A stretch of DNA of 64,000 bases from an uncultured Oscillospiraceae bacterium (lineage in GTDB: Bacteria; Bacillota; Clostridia; Oscillospirales; Acutalibacteraceae). The DNA lies in the NCBI GenBank assembly GCA_949297075.1, contig CASFRX010000024.1, forward strand, positions 7,651-71,650. Reading direction: 5' to 3'. Below, piece after piece: positions 1 to 9,189 of this stretch (position 1 is the first letter of the stretch; each line of letters starts with the position of its first letter). The notes beneath the pieces were generated by a model. That model did not search any database, was not told the origin of the DNA, and saw only the letters and a list, made by a program, of their open reading frames with translations. The translations under genes were made by a program, and so were the position numbers.

Positions 1-1
1 T

Positions 2-709
2 TGGTATTATCACTGCGACCGCATAGGTATGCTCGTTTGGCAGGATATGCCCAACGGCTGTGGTATCAATCAGATGATAGTGGGCGTTTTGCCGAATATC
101 GGAATTAAAATGCTGCCGGATAAATACGAAAAGCTATATAATCGCCAAAATAAGGAAGCTCAGAAGCTGTACAGAACCGAGCTTGATGAAATGATAGATA
201 ATCTTTACAACTGCGTTTCAATTTGCTGTTGGGTGCCTTTTAACGAAGCATGGGGACAGTTTGACGCCAAAAATGTTGCAAACCATGTGAAACACCTTGA
301 TCCCACTCGTTTTGTGGACCATGCCAGCGGCTGGCACGACCAAGGCGGAGGAGATTTCAAGAGCATACACAAATATATTCTGCCGCTTCATCCCTATGTA
401 AGAGATAACCGTGCATTTGTAATAAGCGAATACGGCGGCTACAGCAATGTTGTAAAAAGCCATGTTTGGAATATTAGAAAGTGCTTTGGTTATCTTATGT
501 TCCGGAATAAAAAAACTTTGTCGAATGCTTATCGCCGTTTGCATACAGGTCAGGCAATACCCTTGATTAAACACGGCCTTTGCGCTCTTGTTTATACTCA
601 GGTCAGTGATGTTGAAAACGAGGTTAACGGAGTTTTGACCTATGACCGCAAGGTTGTAAAGCTCGATGAAAATATGGTTAAGGAAATCAACGCAAGGCTC
701 ACTTACTAA
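2..709 (+). CDS. glycoside hydrolase family 2 (beta-galactosidase/beta-glucuronidase-like), C-terminal part; 5' end lies outside the window
   Basis: The frame is open from base 2 (WYYHCDRIGMLVWQDMPNG...). NEAWGQ and SEYGG motifs are typical of the GH2 catalytic barrel. Stop TAA at 707-709. Confidence 0.75.
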   Translation, partial: WYYHCDRIGMLVWQDMPNGCGINQMIVGVLPNIGIKMLPDKYEKLYNRQNKEAQKLYRTELDEMIDNLYNCVSICCWVPFNEAWGQFDAKNVANHVKHLDPTRFVDHASGWHDQGGGDFKSIHKYILPLHPYVRDNRAFVISEYGGYSNVVKSHVWNIRKCFGYLMFRNKKTLSNAYRRLHTGQAIPLIKHGLCALVYTQVSDVENEVNGVLTYDRKVVKLDENMVKEINARLTY

Positions 710-846
710 TTTTTGTTTCTCAAATCCTCAATGTAATACTTTAACGCTCGTTCAAGGTTTCGTCTTTGAGCGAGCGTAATGTTGCCGCCGCAAAGCTCTT
801 CTGCAATTTCTGCAATGCGGGTGCGCAAATACTCTTCTCTGTTCAT
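706..846 (-). CDS. hypothetical 46-aa protein (MNREEYLRTRIAEIAEELCGG...), below the ORF-track size cut-off
   Basis: Translated by hand: ATG at 846, GGTGA about 8 nt upstream, stop overlapping the GH2 stop codon. No family recognised. Confidence 0.25.
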   Translation of the reverse strand: MNREEYLRTRIAEIAEELCGGNITLAQRRNLERALKYYIEDLRNKN

Positions 847-976
847 AATTTAATCACCGTTTTTATTATTAGGCACAGTGAAAATAAATATTTAAAGTAA
901 ATGTTTGAAAGAGTATTTACAATATTTATTTTTTTGATAAAATAAATTAATACTTTTTAGTTAAAGGTGGAACAAA

Positions 977-3900
977 ATGTTAAACGAAATACAAATTAAA
1001 AGAATGCTCGGTAAGCTCAAAAGCTTTGAAGACATACTTGATGCTAAGCTTTTTGATAAAGTTGCCGAGCCTGAAATTAAAGCTTGGGTTGCCGATAAGC
1101 AGTACCATGAAATCCCCTCCGATGATAAGTTTGTTCCTATACAAAAAGGCTGGAAATGGGGCGCAGACGGTCAGTATTGCTGGCTCAAGGGCAGCTTTAT
1201 TGTTCCCAAGGAGCTTGACGGCAAGGATTTGTTCATCAAGCCTCATGTAGGCTTTTATGAGGCTATGCTGTGGGTTAACGGCAAGGTAAACGGTACTTTT
1301 GCAACTAAAATTGTTTACACAGCACACGGCAACCACTATTGCGATTTGCTCAAGAAAAATGCTAAAGCGGGCGAGACTATTGAGTTCGCCTTGGAAATGT
1401 ATGCAGGCCACCTCTATAAGGGCTGCCATTACTTTATTGAAGAGGGCAGAAGCGAGTTTGATTACAACTTTGACTGTATTGATATCTGCACCAAAAATGC
1501 AGAAATCAATGAATTTTATTTTGACCTGAAAACTGTTAACCAGGTTGCAAATATGCTTGATGTTAACAGCTTCCGCAGGGGAGAGGCAATTAACGCACTT
1601 TATGAGGTGCATAATAGTATCTACTATGCAGAGGGAGACTGCACTGAGGAGGAATTTATGGCAGGCCTTGCCGCCGCAAAGCCCGCTCTTAAGCAGTTCC
1701 TCTCTCAGGTCAATGCTTCCGATGCACCCTTTGCAGGTCTTATAGGTCATAGCCATATGGATACGGCTTGGCTTTGGCATATTGATGAAACAATCAAAAA
1801 ATGCGCCCGTACATATTCAAACGCTCTCAGCCTTATGGAGCAGTATCCCGAATATATGTTTGTGCAGAGTTCGGCGTGTCACAGCGATATGATGCGCAAA
1901 TACTATCCTGAGCTTTTCGCAAGGATTCAGCAAAAGGTTGCCGAGGGAAAATATGAACCGAACGGCGGAGTTTGGGTAGAGTGCGACTGTAATATTACTT
2001 CAGGCGAATCTATGGTTCGTCAGTTCCTTTGGGGTCAGCGATTCACTCGTAAATACTTCAACTTCACTTCTAATTGCTTCTGGCTTCCCGATACATTTGG
2101 CTATAGTGCGGCAATTCCTCAGATAATGAAAGGCTGCGGTGTTGATTATTTCCTGACAACAAAGCTTTCTTGGAATGATACTAATGCTTTCCCTTATGAT
2201 ACTTTCTATTGGCAGGGTATTGACGGCACAAAGGTGTTTACCCACTTTAACATGACTCATATGTGGCCGGACCCTGAGGGTTTGCACAATGTAATTGTTG
2301 AATCAAAGGGAAGCTCAAATATAGTTAAACAGAAGTCTGTTAATAATAAGCGCCTTGTTTCCTACGGCTTTGGTGACGGCGGCGGAGGACCTCAGTTTGA
2401 AATGTGCGAAATGGCACGCCGCTGTAAGGATTTGAACGGTGTTCCCAAGTCGGAATACACACTTGTTGGCGATTTCATGAAGGATTTGGAAGCTACTGCT
2501 AAAAATCCCAATACATACAGAGGTGAGCTTTATCTCGAACTTCACAGGGGTACACTCACTAACCAGCACCAGATTAAGCGCAACAACCGTAAGGTTGAGC
2601 TTGCTCTCAGAAATGTTGAATATCTTACCGTTGCGGATGCTGTTAATAAGGGCGTGATTGCTTCAACTGAGGAATCTAATCCTCTTTATGAAACTCTGCT
2701 TATCAACCAGTTCCATGATATTCTTCCCGGCACTTGTATTCCTAAGGCTCATGAGCAGTCACGCCGTGAAATGGCAGAGGTGCTCAGTAAATCTGCCGCT
2801 CTTATCAAAAAATTTACAGCAGGCGAGGGCGAGCTTTGCGTAACTCTCACAAACACTCTTTCATTTGAAAGAAGCGATGTAGCGGTTATTGATTATGTTG
2901 AGGGATATATTGTTGACGGCGGCTATGCTCAGCAGGTTTATACCGACCTTGACGGCAATAAGAAGCTTCTTGTTGCCGGCGTTAAGATTCCTGCATTCTC
3001 AAGCGTAACTCTTAAGCTTATTAAGGGTGAGGTTGCCGAGGGTTGTGCATTCAAAAAGAACGGAAATATTCTTGAAACTCCCTTTGCAACGGTTAAGTTT
3101 AACGACAATATGACTATTGCGTCTTTTGTCGATAAGTCAGCTGACCGTGAGCTTTGCGGTGAGGGTTATGCTTTCAATAGCTTTATTATGGCAGAGGATG
3201 TCCCATCTCTTTGGGATAACTGGGATGTTGATGCTGATATCGAGGGCAAGTATAAGGATGTTTCCAAGCTTGTTTCAAGCGAGGTTGTTTCCTGCGGCAA
3301 GGTTGCACACATTATTCGCAGCAAGTATGAAATCAGCACTAAATCAACCGTTACTCAGGATATGATTTTCTTTGCAGACAGTGCAGAGGTTCGTTTTGAT
3401 ACTGTTATGGATTGGAACGATGATCACCGCTTCCTTAAGGCTGCTTTTGATACATCTGTATATGAAGATTTTGCCCGTCAGGAGGTTCAGTTCGGCTATG
3501 TAAAGCGTCCTACAACACGCAATACATCTATCGAGCAGGCAAAATTTGAGGTCCTTAATCATAAATATACCGACCTTTCCGAATCACGCTACGGCGTAGC
3601 AATTCTCAATGATTGCAAGTACGGCATTTCTCTCTGCGGTGGTCAGCTTCGCCTTTCTCTTCACAAGGGCGGCACGAGACCGGATTTTACAGGCGACCAC
3701 GGTATACACAGGTGCGTATATTCTTTCCTGCCCCATAACTGCGGCTTCTGCGCAGATGCTGTTATTAAGCCTGCATATGAGCTCAATGTTCCTGTAATTG
3801 CTTCAAAGGGCGAATTTGCCCTTAAGAGCCTTGTAAGCGTTGATAAGGCAAATATCATTATTGAATCTGTCAAGCCCTGCGAAGACTGCGAAAAAGCATT

Positions 3901-4072
3901 TATTCTCCGTGCATATGAGGCAGAGGGAGCTTATACTCATGCAAAATTTAATTTCTTCGACGGTGTGAAGTCTGTTGAAATCACAAATATGCTTGAAGAA
4001 GTGCAGTCAAGTGCAGATTCAACACTTACATTCAGACCTTTTGAAATAAAGACGCTTAAAGTCAGCTATTAA
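977..4072 (+). CDS. GH38 alpha-mannosidase
   Basis: 1031 aa. Has the GHSHMDTAWLW metal-binding motif plus WLPDTFGYS and QFHDILPGT motifs typical of GH38. AAAGGTGG RBS before the ATG. Confidence 0.9.
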   Translation: MLNEIQIKRMLGKLKSFEDILDAKLFDKVAEPEIKAWVADKQYHEIPSDDKFVPIQKGWKWGADGQYCWLKGSFIVPKELDGKDLFIKPHVGFYEAMLWVNGKVNGTFATKIVYTAHGNHYCDLLKKNAKAGETIEFALEMYAGHLYKGCHYFIEEGRSEFDYNFDCIDICTKNAEINEFYFDLKTVNQVANMLDVNSFRRGEAINALYEVHNSIYYAEGDCTEEEFMAGLAAAKPALKQFLSQVNASDAPFAGLIGHSHMDTAWLWHIDETIKKCARTYSNALSLMEQYPEYMFVQSSACHSDMMRKYYPELFARIQQKVAEGKYEPNGGVWVECDCNITSGESMVRQFLWGQRFTRKYFNFTSNCFWLPDTFGYSAAIPQIMKGCGVDYFLTTKLSWNDTNAFPYDTFYWQGIDGTKVFTHFNMTHMWPDPEGLHNVIVESKGSSNIVKQKSVNNKRLVSYGFGDGGGGPQFEMCEMARRCKDLNGVPKSEYTLVGDFMKDLEATAKNPNTYRGELYLELHRGTLTNQHQIKRNNRKVELALRNVEYLTVADAVNKGVIASTEESNPLYETLLINQFHDILPGTCIPKAHEQSRREMAEVLSKSAALIKKFTAGEGELCVTLTNTLSFERSDVAVIDYVEGYIVDGGYAQQVYTDLDGNKKLLVAGVKIPAFSSVTLKLIKGEVAEGCAFKKNGNILETPFATVKFNDNMTIASFVDKSADRELCGEGYAFNSFIMAEDVPSLWDNWDVDADIEGKYKDVSKLVSSEVVSCGKVAHIIRSKYEISTKSTVTQDMIFFADSAEVRFDTVMDWNDDHRFLKAAFDTSVYEDFARQEVQFGYVKRPTTRNTSIEQAKFEVLNHKYTDLSESRYGVAILNDCKYGISLCGGQLRLSLHKGGTRPDFTGDHGIHRCVYSFLPHNCGFCADAVIKPAYELNVPVIASKGEFALKSLVSVDKANIIIESVKPCEDCEKAFILRAYEAEGAYTHAKFNFFDGVKSVEITNMLEEVQSSADSTLTFRPFEIKTLKVSY

Positions 4073-4093
4073 TATTAACCTTCAGCAAATTGA

Positions 4094-4130
4094 AAATGGC
4101 TTAATCCGAGCTTGGATTAAGCCATTTTTG
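4094..4130. terminator. bidirectional rho-independent terminator between convergent genes
   Basis: GGCTTAATCC (4098-4107) pairs with GGATTAAGCC (4114-4123). An A-run precedes and a T-run follows. Confidence 0.7.
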
Positions 4131-4150
4131 CGTATCAATTATAGAGATGT

Positions 4151-5470
4151 TCAATATCTGCCCATGCTGTCAAACGGGAGGTTTTTAAATCCGATTGACA
4201 TAATGCTGCTGTTGTCCTTATGAATATCATAGACACCGTTTTCAGCGTCAAGGAAAATATCTGTTTCATTGAGTTTAAACACAAGATTATTTTCGGGGAA
4301 ATTATTAATGTTTCCACTGTGATGCAGAATAATGTTGCTTTCGATTTTTGCGTCAGAATTGTTTTCCGCTTTTACGGGAACGGCGCAGTTGACGGAAATA
4401 TTGTTGCTTATTTCAACTCCCTTAGGGTTTAATACACAAACAGCAGAGCCTTTAATGTTTATGAGCATATTTCCTCTAACTGTCGTGCCCGGTGACGGTA
4501 TAATACCTGTGGGAGAATTTTTGCCGCTTCCTATGGTGCTGATGCAGTTGTAGCGAACCAAGTTTTCTTCGTCCAGTGAGTCCGGGTTACCTGATATTGC
4601 GGCTGTGCTGTCAACCTCCAAAAGTGCATTGTGGATATAGTTATATTCAATGCTGTTTTTGTTGCCGCTGTAGTAAACTGCACATGAGGGAGTATTGTAT
4701 ATTTCGTTGTGAGTGATGGAGTTTTTATTTCCGTTAATTATAATCGCAGGTATTGTTTTTTCGGCCATTGAATTTGAATGAATGAGGTTGTTGTCAAAGC
4801 TGATATTATTGCCGTTTGTTTCAGCTGCACTTAGCCCTGTTTTAGATATATGACAGCCGTTTATGTTTATATTTTTTCCCTGTGCAATAATACCCGTTCC
4901 GGCTATGTTTCTAAGACTACAGCCTGAGATATCAACATTAGATGAATCAATCTTAATTCCGTTGCCTGTTGGGTTTTCAACTGTTATGTTGCTGAGCGTG
5001 ACATACTTTGCGCTGATTATTTCAATAGCAAATTCGCTTGATTTTCCGCATAAAATTACCTCTCCGTCACCGTAAGCCGTATAGATAATGGGACATTTTT
5101 CTGTGCCGGAATCCTTTTTAGTAAGCTTAAAGCTGTCGATATCATATGTTCCGGCTTTGATTGCGATTACCACATGGCTTCTCAAACTCTTGTTGAGCAT
5201 ACGCATTGCTTCCTGCGCTCTTTTTATTGTAGCAAATGGATGGTCAACTGTGCCGCTTGCGCCGTCGCTTCCGTCAGTGGATATATAGAAATCCGCAAAA
5301 ACGAGTTCACCTTGCGATGCTGATGCTTTGCTCAAATTAGTGGGTGTAGGGGCAATATAAAGGTTTTCATAATAATACGGGCGAAAAACAGTAAAAGTGC
5401 AAATAAAAAGTGTGACTGATAAAATCAGAGAAACAATTATTGCGGCAGCTTTGCTCTTTTGATTTTTCAT
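4151..5470 (-). CDS. membrane-anchored right-handed parallel beta-helix repeat protein (pectate-lyase-fold)
   Basis: N-terminal TM/signal anchor (AAAIIVSLILSVTLFICTF). Periodic N/G/I-rich repeats (NISxxNN.., GNKNSI...) characteristic of beta-helix proteins. Confidence 0.65.
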   Translation of the reverse strand: MKNQKSKAAAIIVSLILSVTLFICTFTVFRPYYYENLYIAPTPTNLSKASASQGELVFADFYISTDGSDGASGTVDHPFATIKRAQEAMRMLNKSLRSHVVIAIKAGTYDIDSFKLTKKDSGTEKCPIIYTAYGDGEVILCGKSSEFAIEIISAKYVTLSNITVENPTGNGIKIDSSNVDISGCSLRNIAGTGIIAQGKNININGCHISKTGLSAAETNGNNISFDNNLIHSNSMAEKTIPAIIINGNKNSITHNEIYNTPSCAVYYSGNKNSIEYNYIHNALLEVDSTAAISGNPDSLDEENLVRYNCISTIGSGKNSPTGIIPSPGTTVRGNMLINIKGSAVCVLNPKGVEISNNISVNCAVPVKAENNSDAKIESNIILHHSGNINNFPENNLVFKLNETDIFLDAENGVYDIHKDNSSIMSIGFKNLPFDSMGRY

Positions 5471-5494
5471 ATTTTAAACCGTCCTTGATGATTA

Positions 5495-6151
5495 TTATTT
5501 TAGCCCTTGTGCAATGTAGCTAAAGGCTTTTAGCTTTTGGCGATGAATGGAAAAATCAGGGCAATATTTTTCGACTTCTTCCCAAAACAAAGGGGAGTGA
5601 TTGTGATGAAGTATGTGGGAAAGCTCGTGGATTATTACATAATCAATAGTTTTTTTGTCGGCAAGCATGAGCAAGCACGAAAAATGAATCCTATCGGCTG
5701 TGCAGCTGCCCCAGTGGGTTGATGCGCTGTTTATGAGTATAGACGAATACTGAATATTCATTGTTTTTGATATTTCAGCGGTGCGATTTGGTATGTAGCC
5801 CTGAGCAGCTGTTTTCAGTAAGCTCAATAAGCCGGATTTAATATCTTTTCCAAGAGGAATCAGTATTTTATCATCTGCTATTACAGGCTCTTTTACATCG
5901 GCATAAATAATTGTTCTTTCCAAACCGAAAAGCGGTATAACAGAGCCGAGCGCAAGCTGATGTTTAGTGTTTAGCTCTCTAATCTTTGCCGTGCTCTTGT
6001 CTATCCATTTATGCTTGGATAAAACGAAAGCTTCGATTTCGCTTTGCTTCATTTTCAGCGGTGCACGCACCTCAACAGAAGCATCGTTTTTAACTATGAT
6101 GCTTATTGTTTTGCGCTTGCTTCGTATAAGATTGTAGTCAATCATTCGCAA
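5495..6151 (-). CDS. YgjP/DUF45-type M48-like metal-dependent hydrolase
   Basis: HELSHILHHNHSPLFW zinc motif near the C-terminus. Overlaps the pyk stop by 10 nt. Confidence 0.8.
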   Translation of the reverse strand: MRMIDYNLIRSKRKTISIIVKNDASVEVRAPLKMKQSEIEAFVLSKHKWIDKSTAKIRELNTKHQLALGSVIPLFGLERTIIYADVKEPVIADDKILIPLGKDIKSGLLSLLKTAAQGYIPNRTAEISKTMNIQYSSILINSASTHWGSCTADRIHFSCLLMLADKKTIDYVIIHELSHILHHNHSPLFWEEVEKYCPDFSIHRQKLKAFSYIAQGLK

Positions 6152-7581
6152 TCGTCTTGTACAACTTCAATTTTAAGCATATTCGTGCTGCCGGTTGTAT
6201 CAAGAGGAATACCGGCGGCAATAACAACAATATCTCCGCCTTTGACAACATCAATTTGTTTTGCACAGTCAACAGCGTGCTGAATAAGGTTTTCGTATGA
6301 ATTCTGGTAAAGGGCAAGAACGGGATAAACGCCCCATGAAAGGGCAAGCTGATGATATGTCTTTTCGGAGGGAGTTGCCGCAACGATAGGCACTTCCGGC
6401 CGGAATTTGCTCATTCGCCTTGCTGTTTGTCCTGATTTTGTCACTGAAATAATAGCTTTTGCGTTAATATCTCTTGCGGTTGTGCAGGCGGCATCACAAA
6501 CTGCGCTTGTTGTGTCGGAATTATCTATATATAATTTTAATTTTGAATATTCTTCGGAATAGATTTCAAACTTGTCTTTTTCAGCCTGTTCGGCAATTTT
6601 TGCCATCGCTTTTACCGCTTCAACGGGATATTTGCCTGCGGCAGTTTCACCTGAAAGCATAACAGCGCTTGTACCGTCAAAAACAGCGTTTGCAACATCT
6701 GTGATTTCAGCTCTTGTAGGTGTGGGGCTGTAAATCATAGAATCAAGCATCTGAGTGGCTGTTATTACCATTTTACCCGATTGATAACAGCGGCGGATAA
6801 AGCGTTTTTGCAAGCCGGGGAGCTTTTCGTAATCAACCTCAACGCCCATATCACCTCGTGCAACCATAATGCCGTCGGAATGATTGAGTATGGATTTAAA
6901 GTTTTCAACGCCTTCGATGCTTTCGATTTTTGATATGATTTTGATTTTATGACCGCCGTAGTAGTCTAAAAACTTTCTAAGCTCAATAACATCATCTTCA
7001 CGGCGCACAAAAGAGGCGGCAACGAAATCCACATCGTTTTCAATGCCGAAAAGTATATCTTTCTTATCATTTTCGCTCATGTAGGGCATATCTACCGAAA
7101 TGCCCGGCAGATTGATGCCCTTGTGGTCTGTGAGCTTACCGCCGACTAATATGCGGCAGACTATATCCGTTTCGTTACAGCTTTTGACCTCTAATTTAAT
7201 TCGGCCGTCGTCTATCAAAACAATGTCACCTGATTTAAGCTGAGAGGGAAGACTTGCGCAGGTGATGAATGATTTTTCGCTGCTGCCAATAGTTTCCGTA
7301 GTAGTGAGGGTAAATTCATTGCCGGCAAGGAGCATGGCTGAACCGTTTTCAAAAGTGCCTGTTCGTATTTCAGGACCTTTTGTGTCTAACAGTATTGCTA
7401 TAGGTTTGTGTAACTGAGTTCTTATCTGTTTTATGTTTTCTATCATTTCACGGTGGTAATCGTGTGTACCGTGGGAGAAGTTAAGCCTTGCAACATCCAT
7501 TCCCGATAAAGCCATGCTTTTAATCATTTCCTTTGTGCTGCATGAAGGACCGAGAGTGCACACGATTTTTGTCTTACGCAT
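6142..7581 (-). CDS. pyk: pyruvate kinase
   Basis: MRKTKIVCTLGPS N-terminus with MVARGDMGVE and TQMLDSM motifs. 479 aa. Confidence 0.95.
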   Translation of the reverse strand: MRKTKIVCTLGPSCSTKEMIKSMALSGMDVARLNFSHGTHDYHREMIENIKQIRTQLHKPIAILLDTKGPEIRTGTFENGSAMLLAGNEFTLTTTETIGSSEKSFITCASLPSQLKSGDIVLIDDGRIKLEVKSCNETDIVCRILVGGKLTDHKGINLPGISVDMPYMSENDKKDILFGIENDVDFVAASFVRREDDVIELRKFLDYYGGHKIKIISKIESIEGVENFKSILNHSDGIMVARGDMGVEVDYEKLPGLQKRFIRRCYQSGKMVITATQMLDSMIYSPTPTRAEITDVANAVFDGTSAVMLSGETAAGKYPVEAVKAMAKIAEQAEKDKFEIYSEEYSKLKLYIDNSDTTSAVCDAACTTARDINAKAIISVTKSGQTARRMSKFRPEVPIVAATPSEKTYHQLALSWGVYPVLALYQNSYENLIQHAVDCAKQIDVVKGGDIVVIAAGIPLDTTGSTNMLKIEVVQDDCE

Positions 7582-7697
7582 TTTTGTTTACTCCTAAAAT
7601 AAATTTGTTTTATATTATACATTATATGCTGTTTACCGTCAACTTTCAAAAGCTAAAATATGTAAAAAAGAAAAATAAAAATTATTTTATAAAGCCA

Positions 7698-7726
7698 TTG
7701 ACTTTATAAAATATATGCTGTATAAT
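7698..7726 (+). promoter_or_regulatory. near-consensus sigma-A promoter
   Basis: TTGACT (7698-7703), a 17-nt spacer, then TATAAT (7721-7726). Confidence 0.6.
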
Positions 7727-7787
7727 TTCTAGTGTAAAAATGTATATGGTTATGTGTCTACTTATAGTATATAGGCGATTTCCAGTT

Positions 7788-7928
7788 ATGAAAATTTATA
7801 CTAAACCTGAAGTTGAAGTAAACTAATTCACTGTTGAAGATATAATCACAGTCAGCGGTGATCAGGGATTAGATCTTAACAGTGACGAAGTGTTTTTCGG
7901 TGACGATCAGGGCTATCTTATTCAGTAA
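7788..7928 (+). pseudogene. 46-codon acidic mini-ORF interrupted by an in-frame TAA at codon 13 (MKIYTKPEVEVN*FTVEDIITVSGDQGLDLNSDEVFFGDDQGYLIQ*)
   Basis: Translated by hand: ATG 7788, TAA 7824-7826, final TAA 7926-7928. Sits between the consensus promoter and a terminator. Confidence 0.35.
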
Positions 7929-7969
7929 TATTCAAGTTAAATTAATATAATACGATTTAAACTTCAATC

Positions 7970-8005
7970 AGCCACTTCCCGTTGGTACGGAGAGGTGGCT
8001 TTTTT
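7970..8005 (+). terminator. rho-independent terminator / attenuator immediately upstream of the alaX-like RBS
   Basis: AGCCAC(TTC) pairs with (GAG)GTGGCT, followed by six T (8000-8005). The alaX-like start region begins about 12 nt later. Confidence 0.65.
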
Positions 8006-8016
8006 AAAGCAAAAAG

Positions 8017-9177
8017 GTGATGAAATTGACCGAGAGACTTTATGATAACGGGCATATCAAAGAATTTGAAGCGAAGGTGCTCGAATGTGAAAAAGTAGAA
8101 AAGGGATTTAACTTGGTTCTTGATAAAACAGCTTTTTTCCCTAACGGCGGCGGTCAACTTGCTGACGGCGGCATGATAGACAATGCAAATGTTTTAGATG
8201 TAAACGAAGAAAACGGTGTTATAGTTCATCTTGTCGATAAAGAGTTTAATTCGGGCGACTCGATTTTCGGCAAAATTGATTGGGAAACTCGCTTTAGGCG
8301 TATGCAAAACCACACGGGAGAGCACATTGTTTGCGGAGTAGCCCATCGGCTTTTCGGCTGCGAAAATACAGGCTTTCATATGGGAACTTTCGGCATAACG
8401 GCAGATTTGAGCGTTCTGCTGAATGACGAACAGGTTAGGCAAATTGAGCTTGAAGCCAATAAAGCGGTTTTTGCCAATACTAAAGTCAGCTGTTTTTATC
8501 CAAGCGAAAGTGAACTTAAAACGCTTAATTACAGAAGTAAGCTGGAGCTTACGGAAAATGTTCGTCTTGTGGAAATAGAGGGCTGCGACCTTTGCGCCTG
8601 CTGCGCTCCTCATGTTTTGCATACGGGAGAAGTGGGGATTATTAAAATCTTAGAACATTCAAGCAACAGAGGCGGTACAAGGCTATTGCTCAAATGTGGC
8701 CTTGATGCGCTTGAAGATTTGTGCGCAAAATGTGACAGCGTTGCGGCTGTTTCTGCTTCCCTTTGTTCGCCTCAAAGCGATATTGTTAGTGCTGTAGAAG
8801 CCTTAAAGCAGGAAAAAGCGAAGGTGGATTATGAGCTGGAAGCGATTAAACGCAGCGGTATTAAAAAATATGTTGAAAGGCTGAAAAAAAGCGAGAATAA
8901 TGTTTGCGTTTTTGCGGATGAAGCCGAGATGGATGGGCTTCGTGAAATTGTAAACGCCGGCAAAACCCTTTGCGGCGGCATTTTCGGAGCCTTTGCCGCA
9001 GATAACGGCGGCTATAAATACTGCTTAGGCAGTGAAAGCGTTGATTTGAGAAATTTTGCAAAAGAGTTTAACTCAGCTCTAAAGGGCAGAGGCGGCGGCA
9101 GACCCGAAATGATACAGGGCAGCGTTACAGCCGATAAACAGGCGATTTTGGATTTCTTAAAAGCAGAAGAACAGTGA
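8017..9177 (+). CDS. AlaX-L-type alanyl-tRNA editing protein (AlaRS second-additional-domain plus DHHA1-like C-terminus)
   Basis: HTGEHIV...CCAPH zinc/editing motifs. The N-terminus (M)TERLY...EFEAKV resembles AlaX/AlaRS editing-domain proteins. The likely true start is TTG 8026 or ATG 8020, after the AAGGTG RBS. Confidence 0.8.
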   Translation: MMKLTERLYDNGHIKEFEAKVLECEKVEKGFNLVLDKTAFFPNGGGQLADGGMIDNANVLDVNEENGVIVHLVDKEFNSGDSIFGKIDWETRFRRMQNHTGEHIVCGVAHRLFGCENTGFHMGTFGITADLSVLLNDEQVRQIELEANKAVFANTKVSCFYPSESELKTLNYRSKLELTENVRLVEIEGCDLCACCAPHVLHTGEVGIIKILEHSSNRGGTRLLLKCGLDALEDLCAKCDSVAAVSASLCSPQSDIVSAVEALKQEKAKVDYELEAIKRSGIKKYVERLKKSENNVCVFADEAEMDGLREIVNAGKTLCGGIFGAFAADNGGYKYCLGSESVDLRNFAKEFNSALKGRGGGRPEMIQGSVTADKQAILDFLKAEEQ

Positions 9178-9189
9178 GGAGAAACAGAT

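Noticed and set aside
7940-8010. Possible T-box riboswitch upstream of the alaX-like (tRNA-related) gene, suggested by a GTTGGTACGG string that resembles the GGUGGUACCG T-box core.
   Set aside because: The string sits in the loop of the terminator hairpin, not in an antiterminator bulge. The match to the 14-nt T-box consensus is poor. I could find no stem I / specifier-loop architecture in the leader.
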